Positions 1-11,700 of a stretch of DNA of 64,000 nucleotides are shown here, piece after piece (the stretch's first letter is position 1; each line of letters starts with the position of its first letter). The stretch is from Ignavibacteriota bacterium. Its GTDB lineage: Bacteria > Bacteroidota > Ignavibacteria > UBA10030 > UBA6906. Position numbers and translations under genes: made by a program. The notes beneath the pieces were generated by a model. That model did no database searches. It saw only the letters and a list, made by a program, of their open reading frames with translations, and was not told the origin of the DNA. Location: the NCBI GenBank assembly GCA_963801355.1, contig CAWDEM010000008.1:576001-640000 (forward strand), read 5' to 3'.

Positions 1-7
1 GTCATCC

Positions 8-1042
8 TTACATAGCGAACTTCACGGAAATGCGCTGGATATTGTTGAAGATCCTGTGAGGCATATACGAGTAATCGACCGCGATGCCGGCTTGCTGCAG
101 GCCGATGCCGGCCGTCAGGTCGTAGTCCGGATGATTGGTAATGTACCCCACCCGGACCGCAACTGTCTTGCTGAAGACATACTCACCGCCGATATTCAGA
201 AATTCCTCGTACGAGCGGGGGTGCACCGCATCGACAGAGGCGAAGAAGGAATGGTCCTCGCCGATTCCCGGCACGAGATCCAGCAGGTTCATGGAGATGC
301 CGATCTTGAACGAGAGTGGAAGCTGGAAGCTTTCACGTTCGTACTTGATTTCCGGTGCGAAATTATTGACTGCGACGCCGAAGGCGAGACTCTTCAGTCC
401 GGTCCTGAACATCGTGCCAAAATCGAATGCCAGGGTACCGATGGAGTAATCTCTCAACTCATTGGTAGTGTCCCGCCGCGTTGTCCCGTTACTGTTGACC
501 ACGGTCGTGTACAGGGGCACAACGCTCTGGCCGAGGCTCTGATATGCATATTTGACCTGTCCGCCGACAGAGAATTGGTCAGAGAGGGCTCTCCCGTACC
601 CGACTCCGATGACAAAAGCGCTGGGAAGCGGCCAACCTTCCATATCCTGGTACCCCTGATCGTTCGATGCAACCTGGGTGAAATGGAAATCCCCGTAGTT
701 GATGGTCATGAAGCTCACCCCGATAACACCGTAGTCGCCTTGAAACGGACGGAAGGCAACGGTCCCCGACACATATTTGATATCGGCGATCCATTTCATG
801 GGGCTGATCGAGAGGTCGACGAACGTCTTGATCCCGGCGAGGCCTGCGGGGTTGTAGAAGAGGGATGCTGAGGACCCCTCGATGGTTGTGAAGGCCTCTC
901 CCATGCCGGTGGCACGAGCATCCGTGCCGACGCTCAGGAAGTTGAATCCGGTTTGTCCCAGTTTGGCTTGTCCGAATGCCGCCGATGCGAGCAAACCGGT
1001 CACGACGACAATCGTTGCGCTCCACATCCCGATTCGTTTCAT
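8..1042 (-). CDS. PorV/PorQ family outer-membrane protein (T9SS shuttle-like)
   Basis: Signal peptide, then GFNFLSVGTDARATGMGEAFT...SLFYNPAGLA typical of PorV/FadL-like barrels; start MKRIG overlaps the upstream stop (ATGA). Confidence 0.8.
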   Translation of the reverse strand: MKRIGMWSATIVVVTGLLASAAFGQAKLGQTGFNFLSVGTDARATGMGEAFTTIEGSSASLFYNPAGLAGIKTFVDLSISPMKWIADIKYVSGTVAFRPFQGDYGVIGVSFMTINYGDFHFTQVASNDQGYQDMEGWPLPSAFVIGVGYGRALSDQFSVGGQVKYAYQSLGQSVVPLYTTVVNSNGTTRRDTTNELRDYSIGTLAFDFGTMFRTGLKSLAFGVAVNNFAPEIKYERESFQLPLSFKIGISMNLLDLVPGIGEDHSFFASVDAVHPRSYEEFLNIGGEYVFSKTVAVRVGYITNHPDYDLTAGIGLQQAGIAVDYSYMPHRIFNNIQRISVKFAM

Positions 1043-2247
1043 GGAAGAATTCCTCCAAAGTACGTCGCGCTCGTTTTGCCCCGGATGAGGAATTTTAAAA
1101 GCAGACCACTCGTGCTGCTCGCAAAGAGATCTTCCCCGCTTCCCCACCCCAGGAACTTGATACCGGTGCTGAAGAGGGATTGGTAGGCAACGTACGGAGC
1201 GTGGAAAGTTTTGTCTGACTCCACGATGACGAGTCCGTCTTGCGAGTCGGTGCCGATGTACAATACGCCGTCGGAGGAGAAGGTTATGGCCAATGGGACG
1301 GCGGTCGGATAGGCGGCGCCGAAGTCGAAATAGACCTCGGGTGTACCCAAAGCCCCGGAGGTGATCGGTGCCCGCCAGATCTTTTCTCCGGCGTCCGTCC
1401 TTGCGGCAATATAGAGGTAGTCATTGTACACCCTGACTGACCGGACGTAGCCGACAAACGGATACATCGCAGTGGCCTTGTTCTTGTCCACTCTGTAGAT
1501 GTTCGTGTTGTTCCCACCCCCCCAGATATTCCCGTCTTTGTCGAAATCAATATCGGAGATATACACACCGCTGCCGAACGACGTCCAGATGGCAGCGCTT
1601 GCGCCCCCGCCGGGATTGAACCGGTAAATTGCGCGGACATTTCTTACTCCGTACAGGTACCCTCCCGGCCCCATCTTCAGGCTCGTCCACTGTGTAACTC
1701 CCGTCGTCAGGGGTGCGTAGTTCGATCGGACACCGGCCGCAGTGAATTTCAAAATGCCGGCGTCATTGCCAAAGATGGCGTATCCTGCGTACAGGTTTCC
1801 CGCAGCATCGGTTGCGAGGGCGTTCGACAGGTCGCCGGCGGCAAGCCCGCCGAAGGACGCGGTCCCGGCGTGCAGCCGGTATTGGTACGTATTGCTGAAC
1901 GGCACTGCACCCCGGACGGCAACCCTTACGCCAATGCTGTCCATGGTGACGAGGGGCGCGATCATGCTGATCCGCGTGGGGGAGACCGAAAGCAGCACCG
2001 CCGGTGAGGAATTGAAATAGACGATATTGTTCGCCGGTACCGATGAAAAGTTCGTTCCCTGTATAGCGATCGTATCCATCCCGGCAAATGCGGCGCCTGC
2101 CGGACTGATGCTGGTGATCGTCGGTGAGAGACCTTGAGGCTCGTTGGGATCATACAATCCCATGCTTTCGGGTTCCGTACAGCCGCCCAGCGCAAAAAGG
2201 CCGAGCACCACAAGAAGAAGCGAAAGAGACGTGTTCAGAGGACGCAT
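1039..2247 (-). CDS. Lipoprotein with IPT/TIG domain and beta-propeller
   Basis: Lipobox LGGC; PTITSISP..IAIQGTNFS IPT motif; repeated D..GN(L/I)Y/W propeller blades. Confidence 0.75.
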   Translation of the reverse strand: MRPLNTSLSLLLVVLGLFALGGCTEPESMGLYDPNEPQGLSPTITSISPAGAAFAGMDTIAIQGTNFSSVPANNIVYFNSSPAVLLSVSPTRISMIAPLVTMDSIGVRVAVRGAVPFSNTYQYRLHAGTASFGGLAAGDLSNALATDAAGNLYAGYAIFGNDAGILKFTAAGVRSNYAPLTTGVTQWTSLKMGPGGYLYGVRNVRAIYRFNPGGGASAAIWTSFGSGVYISDIDFDKDGNIWGGGNNTNIYRVDKNKATAMYPFVGYVRSVRVYNDYLYIAARTDAGEKIWRAPITSGALGTPEVYFDFGAAYPTAVPLAITFSSDGVLYIGTDSQDGLVIVESDKTFHAPYVAYQSLFSTGIKFLGWGSGEDLFASSTSGLLLKFLIRGKTSATYFGGILP

Positions 2248-2389
2248 AGATGTGCCTTCCTCCTAGGATTCGAAGCTGTTTATGTGGCAGGTATCCGGGG
2301 TTGCTCGGAATGCATGGCGAAATGTATCTCTCTCATTTTCCAAAGTCAACTACTCAGCAAAAATGCTTGGGCTTCTTTTCTTGGGTCTC

Positions 2390-3217
2390 TTACTGCTGCA
2401 CCAACTCCACACGGCGGTTTTTCGCTTTGCCTTCTTCCGTGTCGTTGGAGGCGACGGGAGCATACGGGCCGTTCCCAAACGACTTTAGACGTGAGGCGGA
2501 GATTCCCTGTTTGTGGGTCAACATCTGTACCACGGCTGTCGCCCTGGCTTCCGAGAGCTTCATATTGGATTCAAGCCCGCCGACGTTGTCAGTATGTCCT
2601 ACTACGTACAACTTCAAACCGGCGTCTTTCTTGAGGAGTTTGGCAATCTCCCCGATGGCCTGCTCTGACTCAGGCTTGATGTCGGATTTGCCGGTGTCAA
2701 AGAAGATACCGTACACTGCAGTGTGGCCTGTGTTCCTGAGTTCATCCAAAAAGACGTCAGCGTTGGCAACGATGTCCTGGCTCATGGCCTGTTTCTCGAC
2801 AATGTACAACCAGTACTTGCCGGTGAATTCCGCCCTGACACACACCCAGAACTCCTTTCCGTCCTTGGTCAGCTGCATCGTCTCGAGACTCTTTTCGCTG
2901 TAGAGGACCTTTCCTCCAAGCTTCTTGACTGCATTCTCAAAGTTGCGCAAAATCTGGAGCTCGCTGGGTTTGACCTTTGCTGTCGCTTGAGGATAGTAGT
3001 CAATTCGCCAGAAATGTCCCTCGACCTGCTCGGTCTTCCCTTTCGCAACCGGGAACGCATAGGCGTCAAATGCTCTTTCAATGCAGCCGTGAATCCAGGT
3101 GGTAGGCATTCGTGTGAAGAGAGGATGATCCTTGCAGTCCTTAACGTCATTCTGTTGCGCCATTCCGAGAATGATGAAACACAATGTGCACGCGCAGAGC
3201 ACGATACTTCTTTTCAT
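2390..3217 (-). CDS. OmpA family peptidoglycan-binding protein
   Basis: FDTGKSDI...VGHTDNVG...NMKLSEARA...NRRVEL OmpA C-terminal motifs; signal peptide. Confidence 0.9.
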   Translation of the reverse strand: MKRSIVLCACTLCFIILGMAQQNDVKDCKDHPLFTRMPTTWIHGCIERAFDAYAFPVAKGKTEQVEGHFWRIDYYPQATAKVKPSELQILRNFENAVKKLGGKVLYSEKSLETMQLTKDGKEFWVCVRAEFTGKYWLYIVEKQAMSQDIVANADVFLDELRNTGHTAVYGIFFDTGKSDIKPESEQAIGEIAKLLKKDAGLKLYVVGHTDNVGGLESNMKLSEARATAVVQMLTHKQGISASRLKSFGNGPYAPVASNDTEEGKAKNRRVELVQQ

Positions 3218-3404
3218 TGAGGCCTCCGGAACGATTGACCGTTGATTGGTAATAGTGCGAGTGAGAAATGGCGATCAGTTGCCCATATCTTCGGAGAAAT
3301 AATAGCGAAGAATTAGCAGGAGGTCAAGGGCTCACGAAGATCTTGAATCTCGTAATGCAAAAGCATGCCCGGATGCGAATGCCGTTTGCAGCTCAGCCGA
3401 CTGC

Positions 3405-5102
3405 CTATCTTTCCAAACCGACCACGACAAGGAGCCTGAAACTCACCGGCTCCTGTACAGCCCAGACATTCCGTTGGGTGAGGTTGACAAGCGTGCTCCC
3501 GGACTCTGTAAGTTCCGTATTTTTCTCCAGCAGATATGCAAGAGGGAGTTGCATCGTCGCCAGGATCTGCATGGGGCCCCAGCCGCAGGAAAACCCGACC
3601 GAGCCGGACATCCAGGTTTCGTTCTTGAAGTCATGCCGCGTATGAGATGGAGTGAAAGCGTATTCCTTGCTCCCATCAGGGATTGCTGAACTGCCGTAAT
3701 CCTTCGTGATGAAACTGTATTTGCGGAGCAGCAGAAGTGAGGCCAGCGCAGAGAAGCGTCCGCTTATGGTGATACCGGTGGATGCTTCGAATCCCGTGGC
3801 AAAGAAAGTGCACCTGCCCCGTGAAAAGGATTCCCACGAAGGGCTGAAACCTCCCTCTGAGGGAGAGGAATTTCTGACGACACCATTTTGCGTCGCTCCG
3901 ATCGAGCCGTTCCACCTGGGGGAAGTGTTCACCATTCCGGTTGTGGAGAGCTCGAACAGAAGTCCAAAATCAAAATAGCTCTTGCCGAATCTGTATGTCA
4001 TCCAGGGGTTCACCTCAATCGTATATTCATTCTCCGCGTCGCTCCTGAGGGGTTCGCTGTCGAGATCGCTGTCGGTACTCACGGTGTTGTTGTCGCGATC
4101 GGCGTATTGCAGGAAGAATAACAGACCCACATCAGCGTCCCCGATTTTCCAGAAGCGGATCTTCGAGTAGGCACGTATCAGATCATCCGCTATTTTGTCC
4201 TCGTAGCGGCTGTCGGTGATGTATGTGCCGTGAAAATTTGAGCCCGGGACGGTATCGGCCAGGCTGCTGCGCCAGGAGTAGGTCTGCCCCCGCTCGCTCC
4301 TGTTTCTGTAGCGGATTGCGGACTTGTGATCACCGTGTTCGTAGCTCAGCTGCAGGTCGAGCTGCCCTCCCCTGTAGAGGGTATAGTCATTCAAGAACCA
4401 GGCGTCGAAGTTCTGACTGGACGTCTGAAAGATGTGCGCGCAGGGAGTTGTGGTCCAACCCCAGGTGATATGCTCCGATTTCGTTTCCGTGCCGTTCTTC
4501 GTGAATACGATTTCCGATTCCGGGCGTCCCGTGTTCTTGGATTGGTACTGTACTCTCAGTCCTACGGGATTGCCGAAGAGGTAGTTCGCATACACGAGCT
4601 GGACATCATAGTACCGTCTGACGGCGTCCGTTCGCGCATTTACCGGAATCAGCTCCATGGTACTGTTGTTTCGTACGATCCCGTCCGCCCTCAGTTCCAT
4701 GTCAATTCTGTTTGTTCCCAGTTCCAGGTAGACTTTCCCAAAATCGCCGAAACTCCAGATTCCCCCCACGCTATATCTGTTGTTGTAGGCATACGACGAA
4801 ACTCTCATGAAGGATCGGACTGCGATCGGGTCGCCGGCGTACCCGTCGGGGACGGGGAAATCGAAATTGTTGTAGTTACTTATGTATGTATCGTTCGGGC
4901 GTTCACTCATGTTTGTCACATGGCCCTGCCACGGAAGCGTCTGCGGATACATGTAGCAAAACGCAGCCTTGCCCGGCCACCGCAGAATGTCATGTGGATA
5001 GGCAAGAAATGTATAAAAGGGATTGCTGCCGATAGTGAAATTGGGATTGGCAGGGGCAGACAACGGTGACAGCAGCACGAAAGCAACGATCAGCCTTTTC
5101 AT
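3405..5102 (-). CDS. Hypothetical secreted/outer-membrane beta-barrel-like protein
   Basis: 565 aa ORF, signal peptide, aromatic-rich alternating strands; no family recognised. Confidence 0.6.
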   Translation of the reverse strand: MKRLIVAFVLLSPLSAPANPNFTIGSNPFYTFLAYPHDILRWPGKAAFCYMYPQTLPWQGHVTNMSERPNDTYISNYNNFDFPVPDGYAGDPIAVRSFMRVSSYAYNNRYSVGGIWSFGDFGKVYLELGTNRIDMELRADGIVRNNSTMELIPVNARTDAVRRYYDVQLVYANYLFGNPVGLRVQYQSKNTGRPESEIVFTKNGTETKSEHITWGWTTTPCAHIFQTSSQNFDAWFLNDYTLYRGGQLDLQLSYEHGDHKSAIRYRNRSERGQTYSWRSSLADTVPGSNFHGTYITDSRYEDKIADDLIRAYSKIRFWKIGDADVGLLFFLQYADRDNNTVSTDSDLDSEPLRSDAENEYTIEVNPWMTYRFGKSYFDFGLLFELSTTGMVNTSPRWNGSIGATQNGVVRNSSPSEGGFSPSWESFSRGRCTFFATGFEASTGITISGRFSALASLLLLRKYSFITKDYGSSAIPDGSKEYAFTPSHTRHDFKNETWMSGSVGFSCGWGPMQILATMQLPLAYLLEKNTELTESGSTLVNLTQRNVWAVQEPVSFRLLVVVGLER

Positions 5103-5348
5103 AGCGGTTCCCCGAGAGACTTGCCGACTGTGCTTTCATGAATCTCAAAGACCGTGCCATACGATCCCGCAGCAACGCGCCGGGTGTTTGTGACTCTCTG
5201 GAACTCCATCCGTTTGTAAAACAGTCCGGTGCTTTGCAATCTCTACTGTAACCCAAGTCCGGCAGTCGTGTCACTCGGGCTTGATGAACAAAAACAGTGA
5301 AGGCATCCTGAGAGGGATGCCTTCGGTGCACTGCGATGATTTCCGGGA

Positions 5349-6563
5349 CTACTTTGCGGTAACGCGCAGAGCGATCCTTCTGTTTAAAGCGCGCCCTTCC
5401 GGAACGTTGTTATCCGCGATCGGATGCTGGTCGCCGTATCCTTCCGCTGCCATCCGGTCCGCGGCGATACCGTACTTGACCAGTTCGTTCATGACATTTG
5501 TCGCGCGGTCCTGCGACAGCTTCATGTTTGCTGCAGGGTTGCCGACATTGTCGGTGTAGCCGCCGATCTTCACCTTCACAGCGGGGAAAGCCTTCAGGAT
5601 CTCGGCGATATTCTTGAGTTGTTCCGCTGATTCCGGCTTCAACGTTGCGGCCCCCGTCTCGAATTGGAGCCTGTCAAAGTCAAACCAGGTGGTCTTGTCG
5701 ATGGGCTTGCTTGCATCCTCGATGAATGCAAGAAGTGTGTTTTCGATCCCGAACTCCGGGATGTTCAGATCGACATGCGTGGGAAGGGATTTCTTCAAGA
5801 ATGCCCCGAGTTTGTCTGCGGCGGCATCGATCTTCTGCGCGGCTGCCTCAGTCACGACTTTAAGTGAGTCGACCGCCGCGGCCGGTTCCGTCTTTCCGCA
5901 TCCGCGAAGCAAGAGCCAGAGGCCGATGATGACGGCGAGGAGGATCAGTAGTGGCCAGAGCCAGGAGCTCCCCTTTTTCCCTGCACTCGCTGCACCGCTC
6001 ACGAGGTTGCCGCCGAGATTTTTCAGGTTGCCAAGGCCCAGAACGCCGGCAAGTGCTTGCGGGGCGGCGCTGATGATGCTGTCCTTCTGTGACACGAGCA
6101 AATTTGTCAGGCCCCCGAGATTCAGCCCACCCTTGCGGATGCGATCTCCCAGGACACCCATGATGAGGGGACCCGCCATACTGAGCAGCGAGCTGGCGGA
6201 AGAATTCTTGATGCCGGCAAAATTGCTGAGCACGCCGGCAATGGATGTCAACTTGTCACCGAAAATCGACGAGAGAAATTTCCCGCCGAGTGCGTTGATT
6301 GGATCCTTTGAACTCCCGCCCAGCAGGCTGCCGACGTTACTCAAGATGCTCCCGTCGTTTGCCTTGTCCTTCAGCAGGTCAAAGATCTGGCCCATTGCGC
6401 CGGAGTCCTGTGCTTTGCCCAGGATACCTCCAAGGATGGTCGGAAATACCGCTCCCACGGCCTTGGTCGTTGCACTTTCAGATTCGCCCAGCATGCCGCA
6501 GGCCTTGGAGATCAGGTCGGGGGTGACGAGCGCCTTCAGTGAATCAAGCAGATTTGTTGCCAT
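5349..6563 (-). CDS. OmpA family protein with N-terminal DUF937-like domain
   Basis: Gly/Leu-rich N-terminus, TM helix, FETGAATL...GGYTDNVG...NMKLSQDRA...NRRI. Confidence 0.85.
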   Translation of the reverse strand: MATNLLDSLKALVTPDLISKACGMLGESESATTKAVGAVFPTILGGILGKAQDSGAMGQIFDLLKDKANDGSILSNVGSLLGGSSKDPINALGGKFLSSIFGDKLTSIAGVLSNFAGIKNSSASSLLSMAGPLIMGVLGDRIRKGGLNLGGLTNLLVSQKDSIISAAPQALAGVLGLGNLKNLGGNLVSGAASAGKKGSSWLWPLLILLAVIIGLWLLLRGCGKTEPAAAVDSLKVVTEAAAQKIDAAADKLGAFLKKSLPTHVDLNIPEFGIENTLLAFIEDASKPIDKTTWFDFDRLQFETGAATLKPESAEQLKNIAEILKAFPAVKVKIGGYTDNVGNPAANMKLSQDRATNVMNELVKYGIAADRMAAEGYGDQHPIADNNVPEGRALNRRIALRVTAK

Positions 6564-6848
6564 AGGGTTTGCTCCTCTCGAGTGGTTGTTACATAAGGGC
6601 AAAGGGGGCTCGGATAAACGGTCATCGTTTAGCCAAACAATGATAACGAATTCCTATGTCAATAGATGCAGGCAGCAGGCAATCCTCAATGTATGCTGTT
6701 CCATTTGTCCCCGATGACGAGTAGGCCCCATATTGAGGCAAAAAGGCGACAGCTCAGCGCCTTTCAGAGAGTGTGCCGAATAAAAAACGAACAAAGGATG
6801 CCATGAAGTTATTTTGCGACGGACGGGGATTTGTTGAATTCCGCCCCA

Positions 6849-6874
6849 CCCGCTCCGGAAGAATCCGGAGCGGG
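6849..6874 (-). terminator. GC-rich hairpin downstream of the 6914-7285 gene
   Basis: CCCGCTCCGGA-AGAA-TCCGGAGCGGG perfect 11-bp stem; no clear U-tract. Confidence 0.45.
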
Positions 6875-6913
6875 CGTGACGAACAGAATCGTTACGCGGA
6901 CGACGGACCAGAA

Positions 6914-7285
6914 TTACTTTGGCGCAATCGCCAGCACTTTCACATCAGGCTTGCCGATCACCCCGGCTTTTTCCATGACTTCCTTGAGCTTTGGACTGGT
7001 CGCGAATGCGTCTGCAGCAGCAGCGCTGGGGAATTCTCCGACGATGCTGACCATGTTGGGTTTGTTCACATCCGCATAGACGCCCCGAATAACAAACCCG
7101 GCGCTCTTACGATTGAGTTCGTCCGCGTCGAATGCTTTGCGCCAGACAGGATAGTCCTTCACTTCGTGTGTAATAATGACTGTCACTTTGCCGGCATGCG
7201 TGGACGCCTTCATTGCCTCTTTCGCAGAGAGGCCGACAGCAAGGCACAGAGTCATTGCTGCCACAAGAACCAATTGTTTTACCAT
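6914..7285 (-). CDS. Small secreted protein, dimeric alpha/beta-barrel-like
   Basis: GGAG RBS, signal peptide, HEVKDYPVWRKAFD motif seen in small cyclase/ABM-like proteins. Confidence 0.65.
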   Translation of the reverse strand: MVKQLVLVAAMTLCLAVGLSAKEAMKASTHAGKVTVIITHEVKDYPVWRKAFDADELNRKSAGFVIRGVYADVNKPNMVSIVGEFPSAAAADAFATSPKLKEVMEKAGVIGKPDVKVLAIAPK

Positions 7286-7474
7286 AGTGCGCTCCATTGT
7301 GGTGGTTGAGTGTGAATTGGCGCGTAGAGTTGTTGTCTCACCTACGCCTATAGCCCTGTGAATTGTTAACCAAAAGATCCGCATATTCGTTCCGCGGCAA
7401 GTTTGACTCTTCCTTCCTCGCGCCGTACTTTCAATAGGACCCTGTTCTTTCCCTCTTGACACCGGAGTGCCTCT

Positions 7475-8599
7475 ATGATGCAGAAATCAGATTCAACCTG
7501 GTATCAGATTGAGAATGTCGATGAAATCGATTCGCCCGCGCTCGTGGTCTATCCGGACCGCGTTATGGCGAACATACGGGCAGCCAAGAAAATCGTGCAG
7601 GATGTGACATTGCTGCGGCCACATGTGAAAACGCACAAGTCACCTGATGCCGTACGGCTGCAGCTGTCCGAGGGCATCAGCAAGTTCAAGTGTGCCACGA
7701 TCGCGGAAGCCGAAATGCTCGCGCTCGCCGGAGCGAGGGACGTGCTCCTTGCCTACCAGCCGGTGGGTCCGAAGATACGACGGCTTCGAGCCCTGACACG
7801 AACGTACCCTCGAACGACATTCGCGTGCCTGGTGGACGACATGACCCCCGCAAACGCTATTGCAGACGTATTTGCGGGAGAATCTGAACCACTTCGCGTT
7901 TTCCTGGACCTCAACGTTGGTATGAACCGTACAGGTATCGTTCCCGGAGACGGTGCGCTGCAGTTATACCGCGCATGTGCTGCAATGCACGGAATCCGGC
8001 CGGTGGGGTTGCATGCCTATGACGGGCATATCCACGACAAGGATCTCCTGCTCAGGAGTCAGCGCTGCAGTGCGGCCTTCGCGCCCGTTCTCACGATGCA
8101 GGAGGACCTGATGCCGAACGGGGCCGGCGTGCCTCTCGTTGTTGCGGGTGGATCGCCAACGTTTCCTTTGCATTCCCGTCACGCGGGTGTGGAGTGCAGC
8201 CCCGGAACCTTCGTCTACTGGGACAAGTCTTACCTGGATGGGCTACCGGACCAGGGTTTTCTTCCTGCGGCGCTGGTCATTGCGAGGGTCATTTCTCGTC
8301 CGACTGCGCAGACTCTGTGCCTCGACCTGGGTCACAAGTCCGTGGCGGCGGAAAACGACATTCTTCACCGGGTGATCTTCCTGAATGCAGCCGGTGCGGA
8401 AGTCCTCTCACAAAGCGAAGAGCATCTGCTCCTCAGCGTGAGAGACAGCGGTATGCACGCGGTTGGCGAGGTCTTGTATGGATTGCCCTTCCACATCTGT
8501 CCGACATGCGCACTGTATGAACGCGCAATAACTATTGTGGATCATAGGGCGCAGAGCGAGTGGACCGTGGTGGCTCGAGATCGTTTCATCAACATATAA
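7475..8599 (+). CDS. D-TA family PLP-dependent enzyme (D-threonine aldolase/D-serine dehydratase-like)
   Basis: LRPHVKTHK PLP lysine, KCATIAEAE, GMNRTG, HAYDGH, SEEH, PFHICPT. Confidence 0.9.
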   Translation: MMQKSDSTWYQIENVDEIDSPALVVYPDRVMANIRAAKKIVQDVTLLRPHVKTHKSPDAVRLQLSEGISKFKCATIAEAEMLALAGARDVLLAYQPVGPKIRRLRALTRTYPRTTFACLVDDMTPANAIADVFAGESEPLRVFLDLNVGMNRTGIVPGDGALQLYRACAAMHGIRPVGLHAYDGHIHDKDLLLRSQRCSAAFAPVLTMQEDLMPNGAGVPLVVAGGSPTFPLHSRHAGVECSPGTFVYWDKSYLDGLPDQGFLPAALVIARVISRPTAQTLCLDLGHKSVAAENDILHRVIFLNAAGAEVLSQSEEHLLLSVRDSGMHAVGEVLYGLPFHICPTCALYERAITIVDHRAQSEWTVVARDRFINI

Positions 8600-8743
8600 C
8601 GAAGCGCCGTTCAGCTTCCCGTACGGTGCAAGCTGTTGGGGCGCGTGCTGTGTTTTCTTCAGGATATCGTCTGATGTGACATCACACACGTATTGTACAC
8701 GGCAGAGGAAGAGCTGATGTGTCGCGCAGCTTGGAGGAGTGAA

Positions 8744-11700
8744 ATGAAAGCAAAGGAACGACTCCAAAGGTTGCTGTCGCTATTTCTGATGGCAGGCACG
8801 CTGGTCGGTCTCCAGCTGTTCAGTGGCTATGGGTGGGCGGAGAGGGTTGTGCAGGAGGAGGTTCAAGAGGGGCTGCTCGCCAGTCACGCGCGAGCCACGA
8901 GCAGCGACGTCTTTGCTGACATCGGCGGACGCGACATTGAGGCGCGGCGCGAGCTACTTAGAGAAGTCACACCTCCGAAGATGCCCCGCAAGATGCTGTC
9001 GGCCGGAAAGTCTGATCCCCGCGCGGCCTTCGAGCCGACGCAGAAAATTGATACACCGGAGAAACTGAATGCGGAGCTGGCGAGGCAACGGAGCTTGTAT
9101 GCGCCGTTCCTCGAAGTTCTCGCGCCCGAGCTGCCATCCCTGAGGGAAGCGCTGCGGCTGGAGGACTTCCGGTGGCGCCTCGAAACCGATGCCGACCGCG
9201 TCGATTTTCAGCACACACTGAGTGGGGCCGGGGGCTGGACAGCAGTCAAAGTACCCCACTTCGGCGGGCCGATCGGACGTGCGGCGGCGTACTACCGGAC
9301 TACGTTTCCGGTAACGCAAGCGATGCTCGACAAGGGCGCGGTGTTTGTGCGATTCGGCGCCGTGGACTACAAAGCGCACGTGTTCGTCAATGGACACTAC
9401 CTCGGCTCGCACGAGGGCTTCTTCGCTCCGTTTTCGTTTGAGTGCACTGCATCCGTACGCGAAGGCGACAATATTCTGCTGGTGAAGGTTGAGAACGACG
9501 CGGTCTTCCTGGGCAACGACTCCTGGGGTCAGCCGGAGGAAGGCGACAAACTGTATGCTGCCACGAACCTCGGGTGGGACGATCCGGCTATAGGTTGGCA
9601 CCATTGCCCGCCGGGCTTCGGGATCTATCAGGATGTGTTTATTGAAGCGTGTGCGCCACTGCATGTGGCCGATCTCTGGGTACGCCCGTTGCCCGATGAG
9701 GAGCGTGCCGAGGCATGGATCGAAGTCTGGAACCGTGACCGCCGGAACCGGCCGGCCTCGGTCGAGATCTCTGTATTCGGTCAGAATTTCAGGCAGACCG
9801 TCATCAGCCGTCTCCGCTACACGCCCGGCACGCGGATTATCCCCGGTGTCGGCGACCTGCAAAAACCGACCGACAACCAGGACGTGACGCTCACGATGGG
9901 TGCCGGCTCGAATCTGATCAAAGTCCCGCTGGCCATTCCACATCCGCGCCGCTGGGATCTGCACACGCCGTGGCTCTATCAGATCCAGGTCAACCTGCTT
10001 GACGAATCCGGGCACGTGGTGGATAACGCCAAACGGCAGTTCGGCATGCGCACCTTCCGGCAGGAAAACGACAACGTGCCTCGCGGCCGGATGTTCCTCA
10101 ACGGCCGGGACATCAAGCTGCGCGGCGCAAACACGATGGGCTTTGAACAGCAGGACGTGTTCCGGAAGGACTTCCGGCAACTCGTGGACGACATTCTGCT
10201 CGCGAAGATCTGCAACATGAACTACCTTCGGCTGACGCAGAGGCCCGTGCAGCCTGAAGTCTATGCGTACTGTGACCGGCTCGGGCTGATGACGCAGACC
10301 GACCTCCCGTTGTTCGGTTGTCTGCGCTACAACAAATTCGCCGAAGCCATTCGCCAGACCGAGGAGATGGAGCGGTTGGTGCGGGGTCACGCCTGCAACA
10401 TCATGATCACGTACATCAACGAACCGTTTCCCAACGCCAGTGGCAAACCACACCGGCATCTTACCCGCCCGGACCTGCAGGCATTCTTCGGTGCCGCCGA
10501 TCGCGCCGTGCGTGTGCTGAATCCTGACCGCGTTGTCAAACACGTCGAGGGTGATTACGATCCGCCGAGCGAAACCCTGCCGGACAATCACTGCTATTGC
10601 GGGTGGTACAACGGCCACGGACTTGAGCTCGGCAAGCTGCACCGGGGCTTCTGGGTGCCGGTCAATCGCGACTGGCTCCATGCGTGCGGCGAGTTCGGGG
10701 CAGAAGGCCTCGACCCTGAGGACCTCATGCGCCGCCGTTATCCCCGCACATGGCTGCCCGGAGCCGATGAATCCTCCTGGTCACCCGATTCCGTTCCCGG
10801 CGCACAGACCGGAAAGTTCCACTACATGTGGTTCGACACGCAGCATACGCTGGCAGACTGGGTGCGGCTCAGCCAACGCCACCAGGCATGGGCCACACGT
10901 CTGTTCGCCGAGCGATTCCGCCGCGACAACAGGATGGTCAGCTTTGCGATCCACCTGTTCGTTGACGCCTTCCCGGCCAGCTGGATGAAGGCGATCATGG
11001 ACTGCGAACGCCGGCCAAAGCCGGCGTACTTCGCCTATCGGGATGCCCTGGAACCGCTCACTGTCAGCATTCGGACTGACCGCTGGGCGTTCACCTCGGG
11101 CGAACCGATGACGTTCGAATTCTGGATTTGCAATGACACCCCCGAGGCTCCGAGGACGCTTCGCTTGCGCTGGCAGATCGAGCAGCGTGGTCGTGTCATC
11201 TTTGCACAGCAATCTCCGGCCACCGTGGAAGCGACACGTGCGGCATTCCAGGGATTCTTCACGCAGAGCGCGCCAGACGTTGACCAACGGACCAGGTATA
11301 CCTTGCGCCTCGCACTCGCCGACGGTGAGAAGATTTTGCGCGACACCGACATCGAGTATGAAGTCTTCCCTGCCCTGCCGCCCCTGCGCGAGGTGCAGGT
11401 CAGCGTCGTCGGCACGGGCAAGGCGCAACAACTTGTGCGGGAGTTGGGCGGAAAACCGGATGCGAGAACAGCGTCGGTGTTTCTTGTGGATGACTATACA
11501 ACGTACGTGCAGCGGCGGCATGACATTGACCGCGCCGTGGCTGCCGGTGCGCGCGCAGTGTTCCTCGAGCTACCGGTCGGTGAGTACGAGATCGGCGGCT
11601 CAATGGTACGCGTTGTGGAGTGCGTGATGCGAGCCCGGGAGTTTGTGTCCCGCGCTACAGGGCATCGGCTGGTGACCGGGTTTGAACCGGAAGATTTCAA

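Noticed and set aside
8954-10681. 575 aa antisense ORF and similar long shadow ORFs (5614-6717, 17567-18937, 62804-63730)
   Set aside because: Opposite well-supported genes in GC-rich DNA, with no recognisable motifs
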